Positions 1 to 10,877 are shown, counted from the stretch's first letter. The stretch is DNA of 64,000 nt from Candidatus Kerfeldbacteria bacterium (GCA_047946875.1 CP181398.1:1233329-1297328), one strand, 5' to 3'. Notes: generated by a model from the sequence alone, not told the origin. Numbers and translations: made by a program.

Positions 1-135
1 CACTCATATTTTTTTATGTATTTTATGTATATCTATTATAAATTAAATTACCTAAGTTGACAAGCATCTTAGAGTAATAGTATGATAGGCGAAAGTGATA
101 AAAATAGCAAATTTATAACATGGAGAAATAGTTAA

Positions 136-423
136 ATGACTGAAAAAGGAAATAATTTAACAATTAAGGATATAAAACCTTTATTGTTAGATAAGTCAGT
201 AAGAGATGCATTAATATTCGCAGCTGAGTCGAAAAATGCCAAACTTTATTCAGAAGTTACGTGCTCTGCTATAGGCCAGAAACATCCTGTTTTAAGACCT
301 AGTGGTGGAGATAATAATACTTACGAGTTTAGAGGTATGACATTGCAGATTTGTGAATGTACTACCTGCGGATGTAGTTTATCAGTACCAATAGAACCTC
401 ATAAATTTGAGCAGTTGATATAA
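136..423 (+). CDS. Small hypothetical protein (95 aa) with C-terminal Cys cluster C-E-C-T-T-C-G-C
   Basis: Complete ORF. GGAGA Shine-Dalgarno about 9 nt upstream of ATG. Followed by a hairpin plus T-run terminator. No family recognised. Confidence 0.45.
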   Translation: MTEKGNNLTIKDIKPLLLDKSVRDALIFAAESKNAKLYSEVTCSAIGQKHPVLRPSGGDNNTYEFRGMTLQICECTTCGCSLSVPIEPHKFEQLI

Positions 424-430
424 AAAACAA

Positions 431-460
431 AAGGATAGATGAATAATCTATCCTTTTTTA
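431..460 (+). terminator. Rho-independent terminator
   Basis: Hairpin ggatagat-gaataa-atctatcc followed by TTTTTTA. Confidence 0.6.
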
Positions 461-731
461 TTAAGAGAATGTTTGTCATTAAGGTAATTTATTATTATTT
501 TAATGGAATCGCATGTTAAAGCATGCTCTTAGAAATAATATAATATCTTTTATACCTCAGACCGAGAGCACCTTTTCTAAGGTGCTCTTGGTTAAATAAA
601 TGAGTAAAAATGATAAACGGTTTTTTTGGTAGGTAATTGACAAATATTAGTAATTATTATATTTTTAAATACTATGTTCTTTCCCAATAAAAGATAACGC
701 ATAATTTTTACAAAAATAAAAGGAGTTGGTT

Positions 732-1064
732 ATGAAAAAATTAATTTTGTGGCCAGTAATAGCTGCAATTCTGGCTGTAATTATTATACAGGGGACTCAT
801 TTGCTGACATTTTTTCAGTTAGGTAGTCATAAAGCCGCCGTGGATAACACTGTTATAATGTTGTTCTTTGCACCTATGGTTGCTTTTTTGATTATTATTC
901 CTGTTGGTTTTTTTGTATCTTTGTTTAAAAAGAATATTGATATGAATAAATTTGGGGAAACTGGAGTTATTTCCTGTACAACCTTTTTTGTTATGGCTTG
1001 TATTACGTTTTTCGTCTCACCCTTTATTCAATTATCTTTTCAATTGACCACAAGACATTTATGA
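732..1064 (+). CDS. Hypothetical small integral membrane protein (3-4 TM)
   Basis: ORF with AGGAG RBS at 721-725, 6 nt before ATG at 732. Strongly hydrophobic helices. Confidence 0.5.
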   Translation: MKKLILWPVIAAILAVIIIQGTHLLTFFQLGSHKAAVDNTVIMLFFAPMVAFLIIIPVGFFVSLFKKNIDMNKFGETGVISCTTFFVMACITFFVSPFIQLSFQLTTRHL

Positions 1065-1074
1065 GTTTCACAAA

Positions 1075-1107
1075 AGATCGTAGATAAGTTTCGACGGTCT
1101 TTTTTTA
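1075..1107 (+). terminator. Putative intrinsic terminator
   Basis: Stem gatcgt/acggtc (with one G.U pair) followed by T7 run. Confidence 0.35.
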
Positions 1108-1130
1108 TTATGCGTAGGATTGATTACAAT

Positions 1131-1161
1131 CAAAAACCCAGGCGCAGAGGCCTGGGTTTGG
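1131..1161. terminator. Bidirectional hairpin terminator (serves gyrA on - strand)
   Basis: cccaggc-gcagag-gcctggg perfect 7-bp GC-rich stem flanked by A-run and T-run. Lies just 3' of the gyrA stop on the minus strand. Confidence 0.6.
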
Positions 1162-1180
1162 AGATTAATTTAAAGTTTAT

Positions 1181-3709
1181 TTAGACAAATGTTACGGAAG
1201 AAACCTGGTCATTGTCTTCTGAAAAACGCATTAGTCTCACCCCTTGGGTTGCTCTACCAGAAACGGATACAGATTTTAATGGCATTCGTATTACTTGTCC
1301 TTTGTTTGAGATTACTACTAAGTCTTCTTGTTCTAATTTTGCATTAACTATGAATCCAGAACTTATTTTACCAGTCTTCGGAGTAATTTTTGCTGTTTTT
1401 ATTCCAGTGCCTCCACGTCCTTGGATTCTATAGTTGGTTAGAGCAGTACGTTTGCCAAAGCCTTTCTCCATTACTACTAGTAGTTGTTCATTTTGATCTA
1501 CTTTACCATCATTGATTATGTCCATGCCAGCGATTTCATCATCCATTTTTAATTTGATAGCTCGAACACCCGAGGCACTTCTGCCCATTGCTCTTACATT
1601 CTTTTCTTTGAATCGAATAGCTTGACCATTTGACGTAATGATTATAATATCGTCTTTTCCGGTTGATGGTTTTACCCATTCTAAAATATCATCTCCTTTT
1701 AGTTTCACAGCGATTAATCCTGAGCGTCTAACAGATTCAAAATCTTTTATGTCTACTTTTTTAATAATACCTTTTTTGGTTACCATCATTAAAAATTTAC
1801 ATTCACCTAATTCTTCTAGAGACATAACTGCAGAAACTTTTTCGGTTTGATCAAGCTGGAGGAAATTAACGATCGCCTGACCTTTAGAAGTACGAGAGGC
1901 AGTAGGAATATCATAACCTTTTAGCTGAAAGACTCTACCCTTGCTGGTAAAGAATAATAAATCAGCATGGGTGGTGGTGCTAAACAATTGTTCAACAGTA
2001 TCTTGTTCTTTCGTTGATAATCCGATGACACCACGGCCACCTCTTTTTTGGGATTTGAATGTTTCTGGGGATACTCTTTTGATATAACCATCTCGAGTCA
2101 GCATAATAACAGTTGCTTCATTTGGAATAAGATCTTCTTGACTAAATTGGCCAACAGCTCCTACTTGAACTTTTGTTTTTCTTTCATCACCGTATTTTTC
2201 TTTGATATCTTCCAGATCATCTTTGATAATACTAAGAATTTTCTTTTTGGAACCAAGGATTGCTTTGAGTTCTTTTATTAATTTTATTTTATCTTTAAGT
2301 TCAGCTTCAATCTTTAATCTTTCAAGGTTGGCAAGTTGAGACAATTTCATTTCTAAGATAGCAAGTGACTGGCGTTCAGTAAATTTAAACTTCTTCATCA
2401 AGTTTACTTTGGCTTCTTCTTTATCTTTAGATTTTTTAATAACTTTAATAACAGCATCGATACTATCAACAGCCTTCTTCAAACCTATGAGAATATGGGC
2501 TCTATCCTCTGCTTTAGTTAAGTCATATTGAGTTCTACGTTTAATAACTATTTGTCGATGCTTAACGTATTCTTCAAGAACCATTTTTAGGTTAAGTACT
2601 CTTGGTTGTAAACCGTCTACTAATGCAAGCATATTTACATGAAAAGATGTTTGCAAAGCTGTCAAAGTATATAGTCTGTTTAATACTTTTTTTGGATAAG
2701 CTTCTCTTTTTAGCTCAACAACTATTCTTACTCCATCCTTATCAGATTCATCTCGTAAGTCTTTGATACCATCTATTTTTTTATTTGTTACTAAATTTGC
2801 AATGTTTTCTATTAAAGTAGATTTATTTACTTGGAATGGAATTTCAGTAACAATTATTCTGAATTGTCCCGATTTTTCTTCTATAATCTCAGCTTTACCA
2901 CGCATAACGATAGAGCCTTTTCCTGTTCCATAGGCTTGGGCAATATCTTTTTTATTATAAATGACACCACCAGTAGGAAAATCAGGTCCGGTAATATGTT
3001 CCATTAATTCAGTAATGCTGATTGTTGGATTATCAATTAAAGCTTTTATACCATTAATAATTTCTGTTAGATTGTGGGGAGGAATAGAAGTAGCCATACC
3101 AACAGCAATACCCATAGTACCATTTAATAATAAGTTTGGTAATTTTGCTGGGAAAACTTTTGGTTCTTGATGTGAACCATCGTAGTTAGGAATAAAATCA
3201 ACTGTATCTTTTTCTATGTCTTGTAACAATTCTTCGGAGATTCTTTCTAACTTTGCTTCTGTATAACGCATAGCAGCTGCACGATCTCCATCCATAGAAC
3301 CAAAGTTACCTTGGCCATTAACTAACATATACCTCATAGAAAAATATTGAGCCATTCTTACCATGGATTCATAAACAGCAGCGTCGCCGTGTGGATGATA
3401 CTTACCTAATACTTCACCAACTACAGTTGCTGATTTTCTAAATTTGGCACTTGCTTTTAGACCGATGCTCCACATAGCGTATAATATTCTTCTGTGTACT
3501 GGTTTCATTCCATCTCTTACGTCAGGTAGAGCACGAGAAATAATGACTGACATAGCATAATCCAAATATGATTCTTGCATTTCATCTATAATTGGGCGTT
3601 GTGTGAGGGCGCCAATAGGATTTTCGTTTTCGTCTTTTTTAATATCTTCAGCAGACATTTCATTTATTATTTTTGTACTTTTTTTTATAATTTTTTTTCT
3701 TTTTGGCAT
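1181..3709 (-). CDS. gyrA: DNA gyrase subunit A
   Basis: 842 aa. Motifs [16 protein letters not shown], active-site Tyr region and C-terminal beta-pinwheel repeats are typical of GyrA. Confidence 0.95.
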   Translation of the reverse strand: MPKRKKIIKKSTKIINEMSAEDIKKDENENPIGALTQRPIIDEMQESYLDYAMSVIISRALPDVRDGMKPVHRRILYAMWSIGLKASAKFRKSATVVGEVLGKYHPHGDAAVYESMVRMAQYFSMRYMLVNGQGNFGSMDGDRAAAMRYTEAKLERISEELLQDIEKDTVDFIPNYDGSHQEPKVFPAKLPNLLLNGTMGIAVGMATSIPPHNLTEIINGIKALIDNPTISITELMEHITGPDFPTGGVIYNKKDIAQAYGTGKGSIVMRGKAEIIEEKSGQFRIIVTEIPFQVNKSTLIENIANLVTNKKIDGIKDLRDESDKDGVRIVVELKREAYPKKVLNRLYTLTALQTSFHVNMLALVDGLQPRVLNLKMVLEEYVKHRQIVIKRRTQYDLTKAEDRAHILIGLKKAVDSIDAVIKVIKKSKDKEEAKVNLMKKFKFTERQSLAILEMKLSQLANLERLKIEAELKDKIKLIKELKAILGSKKKILSIIKDDLEDIKEKYGDERKTKVQVGAVGQFSQEDLIPNEATVIMLTRDGYIKRVSPETFKSQKRGGRGVIGLSTKEQDTVEQLFSTTTHADLLFFTSKGRVFQLKGYDIPTASRTSKGQAIVNFLQLDQTEKVSAVMSLEELGECKFLMMVTKKGIIKKVDIKDFESVRRSGLIAVKLKGDDILEWVKPSTGKDDIIIITSNGQAIRFKEKNVRAMGRSASGVRAIKLKMDDEIAGMDIINDGKVDQNEQLLVVMEKGFGKRTALTNYRIQGRGGTGIKTAKITPKTGKISSGFIVNAKLEQEDLVVISNKGQVIRMPLKSVSVSGRATQGVRLMRFSEDNDQVSSVTFV

Positions 3710-3718
3710 ATATAATTT

Positions 3719-4135
3719 CTAATTTGATTCTATAAATTCAGGAAAAACTTTTTCTTCTAAATCTTTGAGCTGTTGCTCTGCTTCATTGATATTACTTGTC
3801 TCTGTTTTAGTTTCAGTATTAATTTTTAAAATATCTTCTTTGAGTGATTCCCATATAGTATCAAAATTATTTGAAATTCTGGTTAAAAATGAATCATCAT
3901 TAGAAGATGATAGTTCTGATCCTTGGAATATTGATAGCCAGCCAATAAACAATAAGACAACTATACCTATCGATATAAACCAAACTAATCTATGTTTATG
4001 TTCGTCGTTAGTTTGATATGATGGTTTTCTTATTTCGGTAGATTTTTTTTCAGGAATTGATTCCCCCTTATTTTCGATATAAGTTGGTTTTCTTTTTTTG
4101 GATTTTGGTGGGCCAATGCCATCAACTGGAGTCAT
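3719..4135 (-). CDS. Hypothetical membrane-anchored protein with Lys-rich N-terminus and single TM
   Basis: ORF immediately upstream of gyrA on the same strand. One hydrophobic helix. No family recognised. Confidence 0.45.
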   Translation of the reverse strand: MTPVDGIGPPKSKKRKPTYIENKGESIPEKKSTEIRKPSYQTNDEHKHRLVWFISIGIVVLLFIGWLSIFQGSELSSSNDDSFLTRISNNFDTIWESLKEDILKINTETKTETSNINEAEQQLKDLEEKVFPEFIESN

Positions 4136-4146
4136 ATTTAATTAAT

Positions 4147-4785
4147 TTATGGTTTTAATACTATTATTTGTATTTTATCTGCTGGCAATTCTTTTTTGGA
4201 AATTTTTAGCTTGTCTTCAGTTCCATTTTTTTTGATTCCCATTTCATTGCAAAATTTATCAACCGGATCAAGTTTAAATTTAAGGCCAGGTATTTTATAA
4301 TGCATTGGTATAACAATCCTTGGTTCTAATTGGTTTACTACTTCTGATGCTTTTTTAGCATCAATAGTATATACGCCACCGACAGGGATCATTAATATAT
4401 CTACACTTTCTAATTTTTCTAGCTGTTGCTCATTAAGAGAATTACCTAAATCACCGAGGTGAGCAATTTTTATATCTTCGATTTGAAAAATAAAGATTGT
4501 ATTGTTTCCTCGTTCAGCTCCTTCTTGATTATCATGCCATGATTGTATTCCCCAGATGAATACATTTTTTGTTTCATATTCTCCAGGATTAGTTATTATA
4601 AAAGGATCACCATTTACAGCTTTGGTATTATTATGATCATCATGATCGTGGCTAACAGATACTATGTCTGCATTTAGTCTAGGAAGTTTTAAGCCTGTGT
4701 ATTTATTATCGTATGGGTCGGTTACGATAGTTGCATTTTTGCCTTGTATTTTAAAACAAGCCTGCCCAAACCAAGTAATTTGCAT
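4147..4785 (-). CDS. Metallo-beta-lactamase-fold metal-dependent hydrolase (UPF0173/YtkL-like)
   Basis: N-terminus MQITWFGQACFKIQ...TDPY and HDHDDH metal-binding motif, characteristic of UPF0173 MBL-fold hydrolases. Confidence 0.7.
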   Translation of the reverse strand: MQITWFGQACFKIQGKNATIVTDPYDNKYTGLKLPRLNADIVSVSHDHDDHNNTKAVNGDPFIITNPGEYETKNVFIWGIQSWHDNQEGAERGNNTIFIFQIEDIKIAHLGDLGNSLNEQQLEKLESVDILMIPVGGVYTIDAKKASEVVNQLEPRIVIPMHYKIPGLKFKLDPVDKFCNEMGIKKNGTEDKLKISKKELPADKIQIIVLKP

Positions 4786-4853
4786 AAGTTTTTTTAATTA
4801 AGGTAGAATAATATTAACATAAATTAGGTATAGAGTAAAGCAAAATAAGGGTG

Positions 4854-5963
4854 TTATATAGGTAAATCAATTGCTTTATTTTCACTAATTTGGTTATTTA
4901 TATTACTACTTTTTTCGTTTTGTAAGGAGTTGTTTATTTCCCAGGTAAGTTTTTTTTCTAATTCAAAATAATCTAAAGATTTTTGCTCTAGTACTGCTAA
5001 ATGTATTGCTTGGTCAGTTTCTGCATTGATAATATCAATTTTTATCTTTAGTAATGGTCCTTGTTTTTGAATTATTCCATAAATGAATAGTTGCGCTCCA
5101 GTTTCAATAGATATTTTTTTGAGAATATCTTTATTAGCAGGATTTGGGATATTATTAAATCCTATATCTAGAGCTGCTTTACTACTTACTTCATCAGTTA
5201 TTATATTAAAAGATTTTAAATAATGAAAAATTTGTTTAAGAGATATCTCAATTTTTTTAGCAATTGGTTTGATATTATCTATATGTAAAGAAAGATTATT
5301 CAGAGGGGGAATAAATAATTTTGGTAATTCGGGTGTATTATTTATTTTTGGTGATGTATGACTTACGCTATCACTTAAACTTGGAGCGGTAGAGGTTTTT
5401 TGAGAAAATGATGCACCGCTAGAACCCGTTTGTCTCATGGGAGCTGTATTAGATGTAGATTTTTCATCTTTTTTTGATGGTTTTTTTCCTTCTTCTTTAT
5501 CATTTTCTGCATTTTCTCTTGCTCGATCTTGTTGATGTAATTTTTTTATTGATTTTTCATGTCGCTTTTGTTTTCTAATTTCTTGGGGGGTAGGCCCGGT
5601 ATCTTTGGCTTGTGAGAGCTCATCTTTTGTTGCTGATTCATATAATTTATTAATACCAATAGTACTAGCTTTACCTTGTTTATTGATACGAAGACCAAGT
5701 TTCTTAGCTGCAATTTTATTTATTTTAAATTGATCACTTCCTTGGGATGATTCAACGACTGAATTAAAAAATTTCTTAGCTTGGTGTTTAGCTATTGTTG
5801 AGGTCTTACCAAGATAAGCAAACTTTTTTAAATTTTTATCTTTTTTCATTAGTGTTTTGAATTTTGTGTCACTAATTTTCTTTCCTGTTTTAGAAGAAAT
5901 TATGCTCTGAGCCATGCCTTTGGCTGTAGTCGCTTTTATTTTTGCTAGATAATCTTTAGCCAT
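4854..5963 (-). CDS. Hypothetical Lys/Ser-rich protein (histone-H1-like low-complexity N-half, globular C-half)
   Basis: 369-aa ORF. N-terminal half is very basic and low-complexity. No family recognised. Confidence 0.45.
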   Translation of the reverse strand: MAKDYLAKIKATTAKGMAQSIISSKTGKKISDTKFKTLMKKDKNLKKFAYLGKTSTIAKHQAKKFFNSVVESSQGSDQFKINKIAAKKLGLRINKQGKASTIGINKLYESATKDELSQAKDTGPTPQEIRKQKRHEKSIKKLHQQDRARENAENDKEEGKKPSKKDEKSTSNTAPMRQTGSSGASFSQKTSTAPSLSDSVSHTSPKINNTPELPKLFIPPLNNLSLHIDNIKPIAKKIEISLKQIFHYLKSFNIITDEVSSKAALDIGFNNIPNPANKDILKKISIETGAQLFIYGIIQKQGPLLKIKIDIINAETDQAIHLAVLEQKSLDYFELEKKLTWEINNSLQNEKSSNINNQISENKAIDLPI

Positions 5964-6178
5964 AGTACTATATTTGTAATTTATTTATAATCATAGTATA
6001 TCATTTTTATTGCCTTATTCAATCACAGTGTCTCTTGCCAAATATCAATAAACATAGTAGGATAAATAATGAAAATATAGAATATTTATTAATTACCTTT
6101 TTTTGGCTAATATTTGCTAATAAAGGACTCACTGTTCAAATATATTTTGAAGAATGGGTTAAGAGCATTTTTTTATTT

Positions 6179-7375
6179 ATGGAAGATACAAAAGTATCAA
6201 AAATGGATGAGCTATTAGCAAATCCAGATCAGCCTATTATACCAAAAGTAGGTGAAGTTATTGATGGTACTGTCATTAATGTTTCAACTAATGAAGTTCA
6301 TGTTGATATTGATGGATTAACAACTGGTGTAGTTAGAGGTAAAGAATTAATTGATGAATCAGGTGAATATAGTGATTTAAAAGTAGGTGACGAAGTTAAA
6401 GCTACGGTTTTTGATTTAGAAAATGAATCAGGACATATGGAGCTTTCATTTAGACAAGCAGGTCATCAGAAAGCTTGGGATGATTTAGATGATCTAAAGA
6501 GTGACGGCACTGTAATAGGAGTAGTAGTTGTAGAAGCCAATAGAGGTGGACTAATGATTCAACTTGGGAAGATAGATGGTTTTTTACCTGTTTCACAATT
6601 AACTGTTGAACATTATCCTCGCGTCGATGGTGGTGATAAAGGTAGAATTTTGGAATTATTAAATAAATTCATTGGCGAAGAACTAAAAGTTAAGATTATT
6701 GATGTAAATGAAGCTGATGGTAAATTGATTGTTTCAGAAAAATCAGCTTGGGAAGAAAAACAACAAAAAGTTATTTCAAAATATAAATTAGGTGATGAAA
6801 TTGATGGTAATGTTACTGGAGTTGTAGACTTCGGTGCATTTATTGAATTTGGTGATAATTTAGAAGGACTGGTTCATATATCTGAGTTAGCTTGGCAACG
6901 CATAGATAAGCCAAGTGATTATATTAAAGTTGGTGATAGTGTAAAAGCTAAGATTATCAGTATTGATGGATCAAGGTTATCTTTATCAATGAAGGCATTA
7001 ATGAAAGATCCTTGGCAAGAGGCCAGTGAGAAGTATAATGTCGGAGATAAAGTAGAGGGATTAGTTTTGAAAGTTAATCCATTTGGTGCTTTTGTAGAAC
7101 TAGATAAGGACATTCATGGATTAGCTCATATTTCAGAATTATCTAATGAAAGAATTAGTGATCCTACGGAGGTGGTTAAAGTTGGGGAATCTTATAAGTT
7201 TAAGATATTATCAATTGAGCCAAAAAATCATCGATTAGGATTATCTCTTAAAGCTGTTCAAAGTACAGCAAAAAAGGAAGAAGAAACTAAAGAAAAGGAT
7301 ATTGTGAAAGAGTCAGTAAAAAAAGATGAAGAAGAGGTAAAAGAAACTAAAGATAAGGTTGAGACTGAAGCATAG
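6179..7375 (+). CDS. rpsA: 30S ribosomal protein S1
   Basis: Four to five consecutive S1 domains (GxV...G.V..I..FGAFV.. / GLVHISE motifs). The ORF track starts at 6035 but the first 48 codons are hydrophobic and non-S1. A start at ATG 6179 (MEDTKV) or 6203 is more likely. No clear SD at either. Confidence 0.8.
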   Translation: MEDTKVSKMDELLANPDQPIIPKVGEVIDGTVINVSTNEVHVDIDGLTTGVVRGKELIDESGEYSDLKVGDEVKATVFDLENESGHMELSFRQAGHQKAWDDLDDLKSDGTVIGVVVVEANRGGLMIQLGKIDGFLPVSQLTVEHYPRVDGGDKGRILELLNKFIGEELKVKIIDVNEADGKLIVSEKSAWEEKQQKVISKYKLGDEIDGNVTGVVDFGAFIEFGDNLEGLVHISELAWQRIDKPSDYIKVGDSVKAKIISIDGSRLSLSMKALMKDPWQEASEKYNVGDKVEGLVLKVNPFGAFVELDKDIHGLAHISELSNERISDPTEVVKVGESYKFKILSIEPKNHRLGLSLKAVQSTAKKEEETKEKDIVKESVKKDEEEVKETKDKVETEA

Positions 7376-7442
7376 AAATATTATAAATTTATAAAGTCAG
7401 GGCATAAAAAATTTCAAGCCCTGATTTTATGATTTGCATTAT

Positions 7443-7471
7443 TTGCAAAATAGCGTATTTTGGGGTATAAT
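7443..7471 (+). promoter_or_regulatory. Sigma70-like promoter upstream of ftsH
   Basis: TTGCAA - 17 nt - TATAAT. Confidence 0.45.
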
Positions 7472-7526
7472 TTAAATCGAATTAATTTTATAAATTATTA
7501 ATTTTTGTAAAAAACTCAAATAAAAT

Positions 7527-9365
7527 ATGAACAAAAAAATTTTTAAAAACATTATTATATTTTCTGTAATTTTTATATTAGTCATGGGGGCTTTTAGTAT
7601 GGTTAACAGTTCTTTTAATGAACCGACTATTATAGGTATTAGTGAAGTAGCTGACAAAATTGATCAAGGCGAGGTAAAGCAAATAGATGTTAATGGTAAT
7701 CAGTTGGTTATTATTTATAACGATGATACAGAAGTTGAGTCTCGTAAGGAAGGAATTGCTTCTTTAACCTCAGTTTTAAGTGATTATAACGTCAATCCAA
7801 ATCAGCTAAAAAAAGTTGAAATTAATATTAAAGAAGATTCAGGTTTTGGATTTTGGATGGGAGCTATATTACCATTTTTATTACCATTTATTCTAATAGT
7901 TTTATTTTTTTGGTTGATGATGAGAAATGTACAAGGTGCTAATAACAAAGCTATGTCTTTTGGTCAAAGTAAGGTTAAGGATGAGGCACCAAAAGATAAA
8001 AAGGATAAAACAACCTTTAAAGATGTAGCTGGTGTGGTAGAAGCAAAAGAAGAATTAGCTGAGATAATAGAATTTTTGAAAACCCCAAGTAAGTTTTTGG
8101 CGTTAGGGGCCAAAATTCCTAAAGGAGTTTTATTGGTTGGTGCTCCTGGGACTGGCAAAACTTTATTAGCAAGAGCTGTGGCCGGTGAAGCCGATGTTCC
8201 GTTTTTTCATATGTCTGGTTCTGAATTTGTCGAAATGTTTGTAGGTGTTGGCGCTTCTAGAGTTCGTGATTTATTTAAAAAAGCAAAAAAAGCTTCCCCG
8301 TGCATTGTGTTTGTTGATGAGATTGATGCGGTTGGACGCCAAAGAGGTACAGGGATGGGCGGTTCACATGATGAACGTGAACAAACATTAAATCAAATAT
8401 TAGTTGAGATGGATGGTTTTGATACTAATACAAACGTTATTGTTATAGCAGCTACAAATCGTCCTGACGTTTTAGACCCTGCTTTACTAAGACCAGGAAG
8501 ATTTGATCGAAGAGTAGTTTTGGACGATCCGGATATTAAAGATAGAGAAGCAATATTAAAAGTGCATTCAGTTAAAAAACCATTTGATAGTGATGTTAAT
8601 TTACGTGAGGTAGCTGAAAGAACTCCTGGATTTTCTGGAGCAGATTTAGCTAATATTTTGAATGAAGCAGCTTTATTAGCAGCAAAGAGAAATAAGAAAA
8701 AAATCAGCCAAGCGGAATGTCTTGAGAGTATTGAGAAGGTAATGTTAGGACCTGAAAGAAAGAGTAGAATTATTAGCGATCACGAAAAGAAGGTCACAGC
8801 TTACCATGAAGCTGGACATGCTTTAGTAGCGCATGTTTTGCCAAATGCAGATCCTGTTCATAAGGTGTCAATAATTTCACGGGGCATGGCCGGTGGTTAT
8901 ACTTTGAAAGTGCCTAGTGAAGATAGAAGGTTAAATACTACAGCTGATTTTGAAGATGAGTTAGCAGTGCTATTGGGTGGACAAGTTGCTGAAAAATTAA
9001 TTTTTAAGGATGTTTCAACCGGTCCAAGTAGCGATTTGAAGAGAGCTACTCAATTAGCTAAGCAAATAGTTACTCAGTTTGGGATGAGTGAAAAATTAGG
9101 ATCTAGAACTTATGGTCAGAGAGAAGAAATGATTTTCTTAGGTAAAGAAATACACGAAAGACGTGATTATAGTGAAAGAACAGCTCAGACAATTGATGAA
9201 GAAATACTTAAATTGATTAATACTGCTTATGATACAGCTGAAAAAGTCATCAAAAAGTATAAAAAGTATTTAGATGATATTGCTAATCATTTAATCAAAA
9301 ATGAGACTTTAGAACGAAAAGAGTTTGAATTAATCCTAAAAAGTATTAAAATAAAGACAGTATAA
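7527..9365 (+). CDS. ftsH: ATP-dependent zinc metalloprotease FtsH
   Basis: N-terminal TM. AAA Walker A GAPGTGKT, Walker B DEID, SRH. Zinc motif HEAGHA. Confidence 0.95.
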   Translation: MNKKIFKNIIIFSVIFILVMGAFSMVNSSFNEPTIIGISEVADKIDQGEVKQIDVNGNQLVIIYNDDTEVESRKEGIASLTSVLSDYNVNPNQLKKVEINIKEDSGFGFWMGAILPFLLPFILIVLFFWLMMRNVQGANNKAMSFGQSKVKDEAPKDKKDKTTFKDVAGVVEAKEELAEIIEFLKTPSKFLALGAKIPKGVLLVGAPGTGKTLLARAVAGEADVPFFHMSGSEFVEMFVGVGASRVRDLFKKAKKASPCIVFVDEIDAVGRQRGTGMGGSHDEREQTLNQILVEMDGFDTNTNVIVIAATNRPDVLDPALLRPGRFDRRVVLDDPDIKDREAILKVHSVKKPFDSDVNLREVAERTPGFSGADLANILNEAALLAAKRNKKKISQAECLESIEKVMLGPERKSRIISDHEKKVTAYHEAGHALVAHVLPNADPVHKVSIISRGMAGGYTLKVPSEDRRLNTTADFEDELAVLLGGQVAEKLIFKDVSTGPSSDLKRATQLAKQIVTQFGMSEKLGSRTYGQREEMIFLGKEIHERRDYSERTAQTIDEEILKLINTAYDTAEKVIKKYKKYLDDIANHLIKNETLERKEFELILKSIKIKTV

Positions 9366-9401
9366 TATAATCAATTATTTAATCTATAAGGAGGACCAAA
9401 T

Positions 9402-10406
9402 ATGCCAGTTGTAAAAAATAAATTCTATTACAGAGGAATCTTAAAAAAAGCTTATCAAATTGTAAAAGGTAACAAATTCCTATGGGTTTTTGGTTTTTTT
9501 GCAGCCGCATTAGGTGGTGTAGGAGAGCTTGAATCAGTATTTAAAAACTATTCTGACATTGGAGCTTCTTCAGATAATATATTTGGATTACAAACACTTT
9601 ATCAGGGAGGTGTAATTTGGACGATATTTGATAATATTCAAGATTTTTTTGCTAGTTTTCCTTGGCAGGCATTTTTCTTATTATTAATTACAGCAGTAGT
9701 ATTTATTGTAGTTATTTGGTTAGCAATAATATCTCAAATTGCTTTATTTGATGCTTCTAATAAATTATCTAAGAATAAAAAGACTGGCTATGCTGAGAGT
9801 TATAGAGTAGGTAATAAAAAATTTGGATCAGTTTTATTAATTAATGTTGTAGCAAAGATTGTTTTGTGGGGAGTATTCGTTGTTATCGCTGCACCGTTAC
9901 TTGGTTGGTTTTTGATACGAGATAATGTTTGGGGAGCAATATTATTTGTTGTGTTATTATTCTTTGTATTTATTCCAATTTCAATTATTGTTTCATTTAT
10001 TATTAAATATGCTATCGCCTTTATTGTTATCAAAGGCCAAAAAACTTGGGAGGCTGTTAAATCTTCTTGGGTGTTATTCAAAAAATATTGGCTCGTTAGT
10101 ATTGAGATGGCATTAATAATATTAGTTATCGGATTGGGAGTAGGTTTATTTATATTATTGTTAATTGGCTTAGTATCAGTTCCATTCGTCTTAATTGGTA
10201 TAGCTGCATTATTCTTTGGTTCAAGTACTGGATTAGCTGTAGCAGTTATATTGGGTACTGTCGCTTGGTTTGTAGTAATTGCTATAGTTGGTTCTGCTTT
10301 TGCTTCTTTTCAATATACAACTTGGACTTTATTATTTTTAGATTTAGTTGGTGATAAAGCAGAAAGTAAGATTAAGCGATTTATTGATCGTTTTATTAAA
10401 AAGTAA
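9402..10406 (+). CDS. Polytopic integral membrane protein, function unknown
   Basis: AAGGAGGA RBS 6 nt upstream. Six to seven hydrophobic helices. Confidence 0.55.
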   Translation: MPVVKNKFYYRGILKKAYQIVKGNKFLWVFGFFAAALGGVGELESVFKNYSDIGASSDNIFGLQTLYQGGVIWTIFDNIQDFFASFPWQAFFLLLITAVVFIVVIWLAIISQIALFDASNKLSKNKKTGYAESYRVGNKKFGSVLLINVVAKIVLWGVFVVIAAPLLGWFLIRDNVWGAILFVVLLFFVFIPISIIVSFIIKYAIAFIVIKGQKTWEAVKSSWVLFKKYWLVSIEMALIILVIGLGVGLFILLLIGLVSVPFVLIGIAALFFGSSTGLAVAVILGTVAWFVVIAIVGSAFASFQYTTWTLLFLDLVGDKAESKIKRFIDRFIKK

Positions 10407-10583
10407 ATTTTAATAATTAGCAGTCTTAGTTACTCTTGAATTATATTCTGAAAGGTGTAAAGTATATTTTTAAGAGTATGTAATTTGGTTAGTAATAGTA
10501 ATACGTTTATTCATTTGCCAAAGTACTTATTTATTATAAGAAGTGCTTTTTCAAATTATATTAATAGTTTATTTCTTAATGAT

Positions 10584-10680
10584 GCTCGTATAGCCTGCCT
10601 GCCGGCAGGCAGGCTCAGTTGGTTACCCGCCCGAACGACTGGTGTCGTCCAGTCGGGCGGGGAGCACCACCACACTTATC
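10584..10680 (+). pseudogene. Partial copy of tRNA-Ile 5' half (acceptor, D-arm, anticodon-stem start) interrupted by two GC-rich palindromes
   Basis: gctcgtatagc | cctgcctgccggcaggcagg (perfect 20-nt palindrome) | ctcagttggtta | cccgcccgaacgactgg..ccagtcgggcggg (imperfect GC hairpin) | gagcaccacca. The flanking about 27 nt (ttatttcYtaatgatgctcgtatagc) is duplicated at the intact tRNA 140 nt downstream. Confidence 0.5.
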
Positions 10681-10727
10681 TGTTTAAATTTATAGCAAAT
10701 AGTTTAACATTTTTATTTCCTAATGAT

Positions 10728-10804
10728 GCTCGTATAGCTCAGTTGGTTAGAGCACCACGCTTATAACGTGGGGGTCGATGGTTCAAGTCCATCTACGAGC
10801 ACCA
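10728..10804 (+). tRNA. tRNA-Ile (anticodon UAU), CCA encoded
   Basis: Hand-folded cloverleaf. 7-bp acceptor gctcgta/tacgagc. D-arm gctc-agttggtta-gagc. Anticodon stem ccacg/cgtgg with loop cTTATAa. T-arm gatgg-ttcaagt-ccatc. Discriminator A plus CCA. Confidence 0.8.
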
Positions 10805-10877
10805 TTAGTAAATAAATATCTCCTATCAGTTTTGATGTGTTTTTTGTTAAAAAAATCCCCTACACGTATAAACATAT

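Noticed and set aside
1212-3170. Several plus-strand ORFs (1212-1433, 1638-1850, 2048-2281, 2961-3170) inside gyrA
   Set aside because: Antisense shadows of a highly conserved gene.
6035-6178. N-terminal 48-codon extension of rpsA in the ORF track
   Set aside because: The hydrophobic, non-conserved peptide before the first S1 domain is most likely read-through of the upstream intergenic region. An internal ATG is chosen instead.
10485-10766. 93-aa ORF spanning the tRNA-like fragment and into tRNA-Ile
   Set aside because: It overlaps an RNA gene and GC-rich palindromes, has no RBS, and its translation is low-complexity. This is an artefact of the palindromic inserts.
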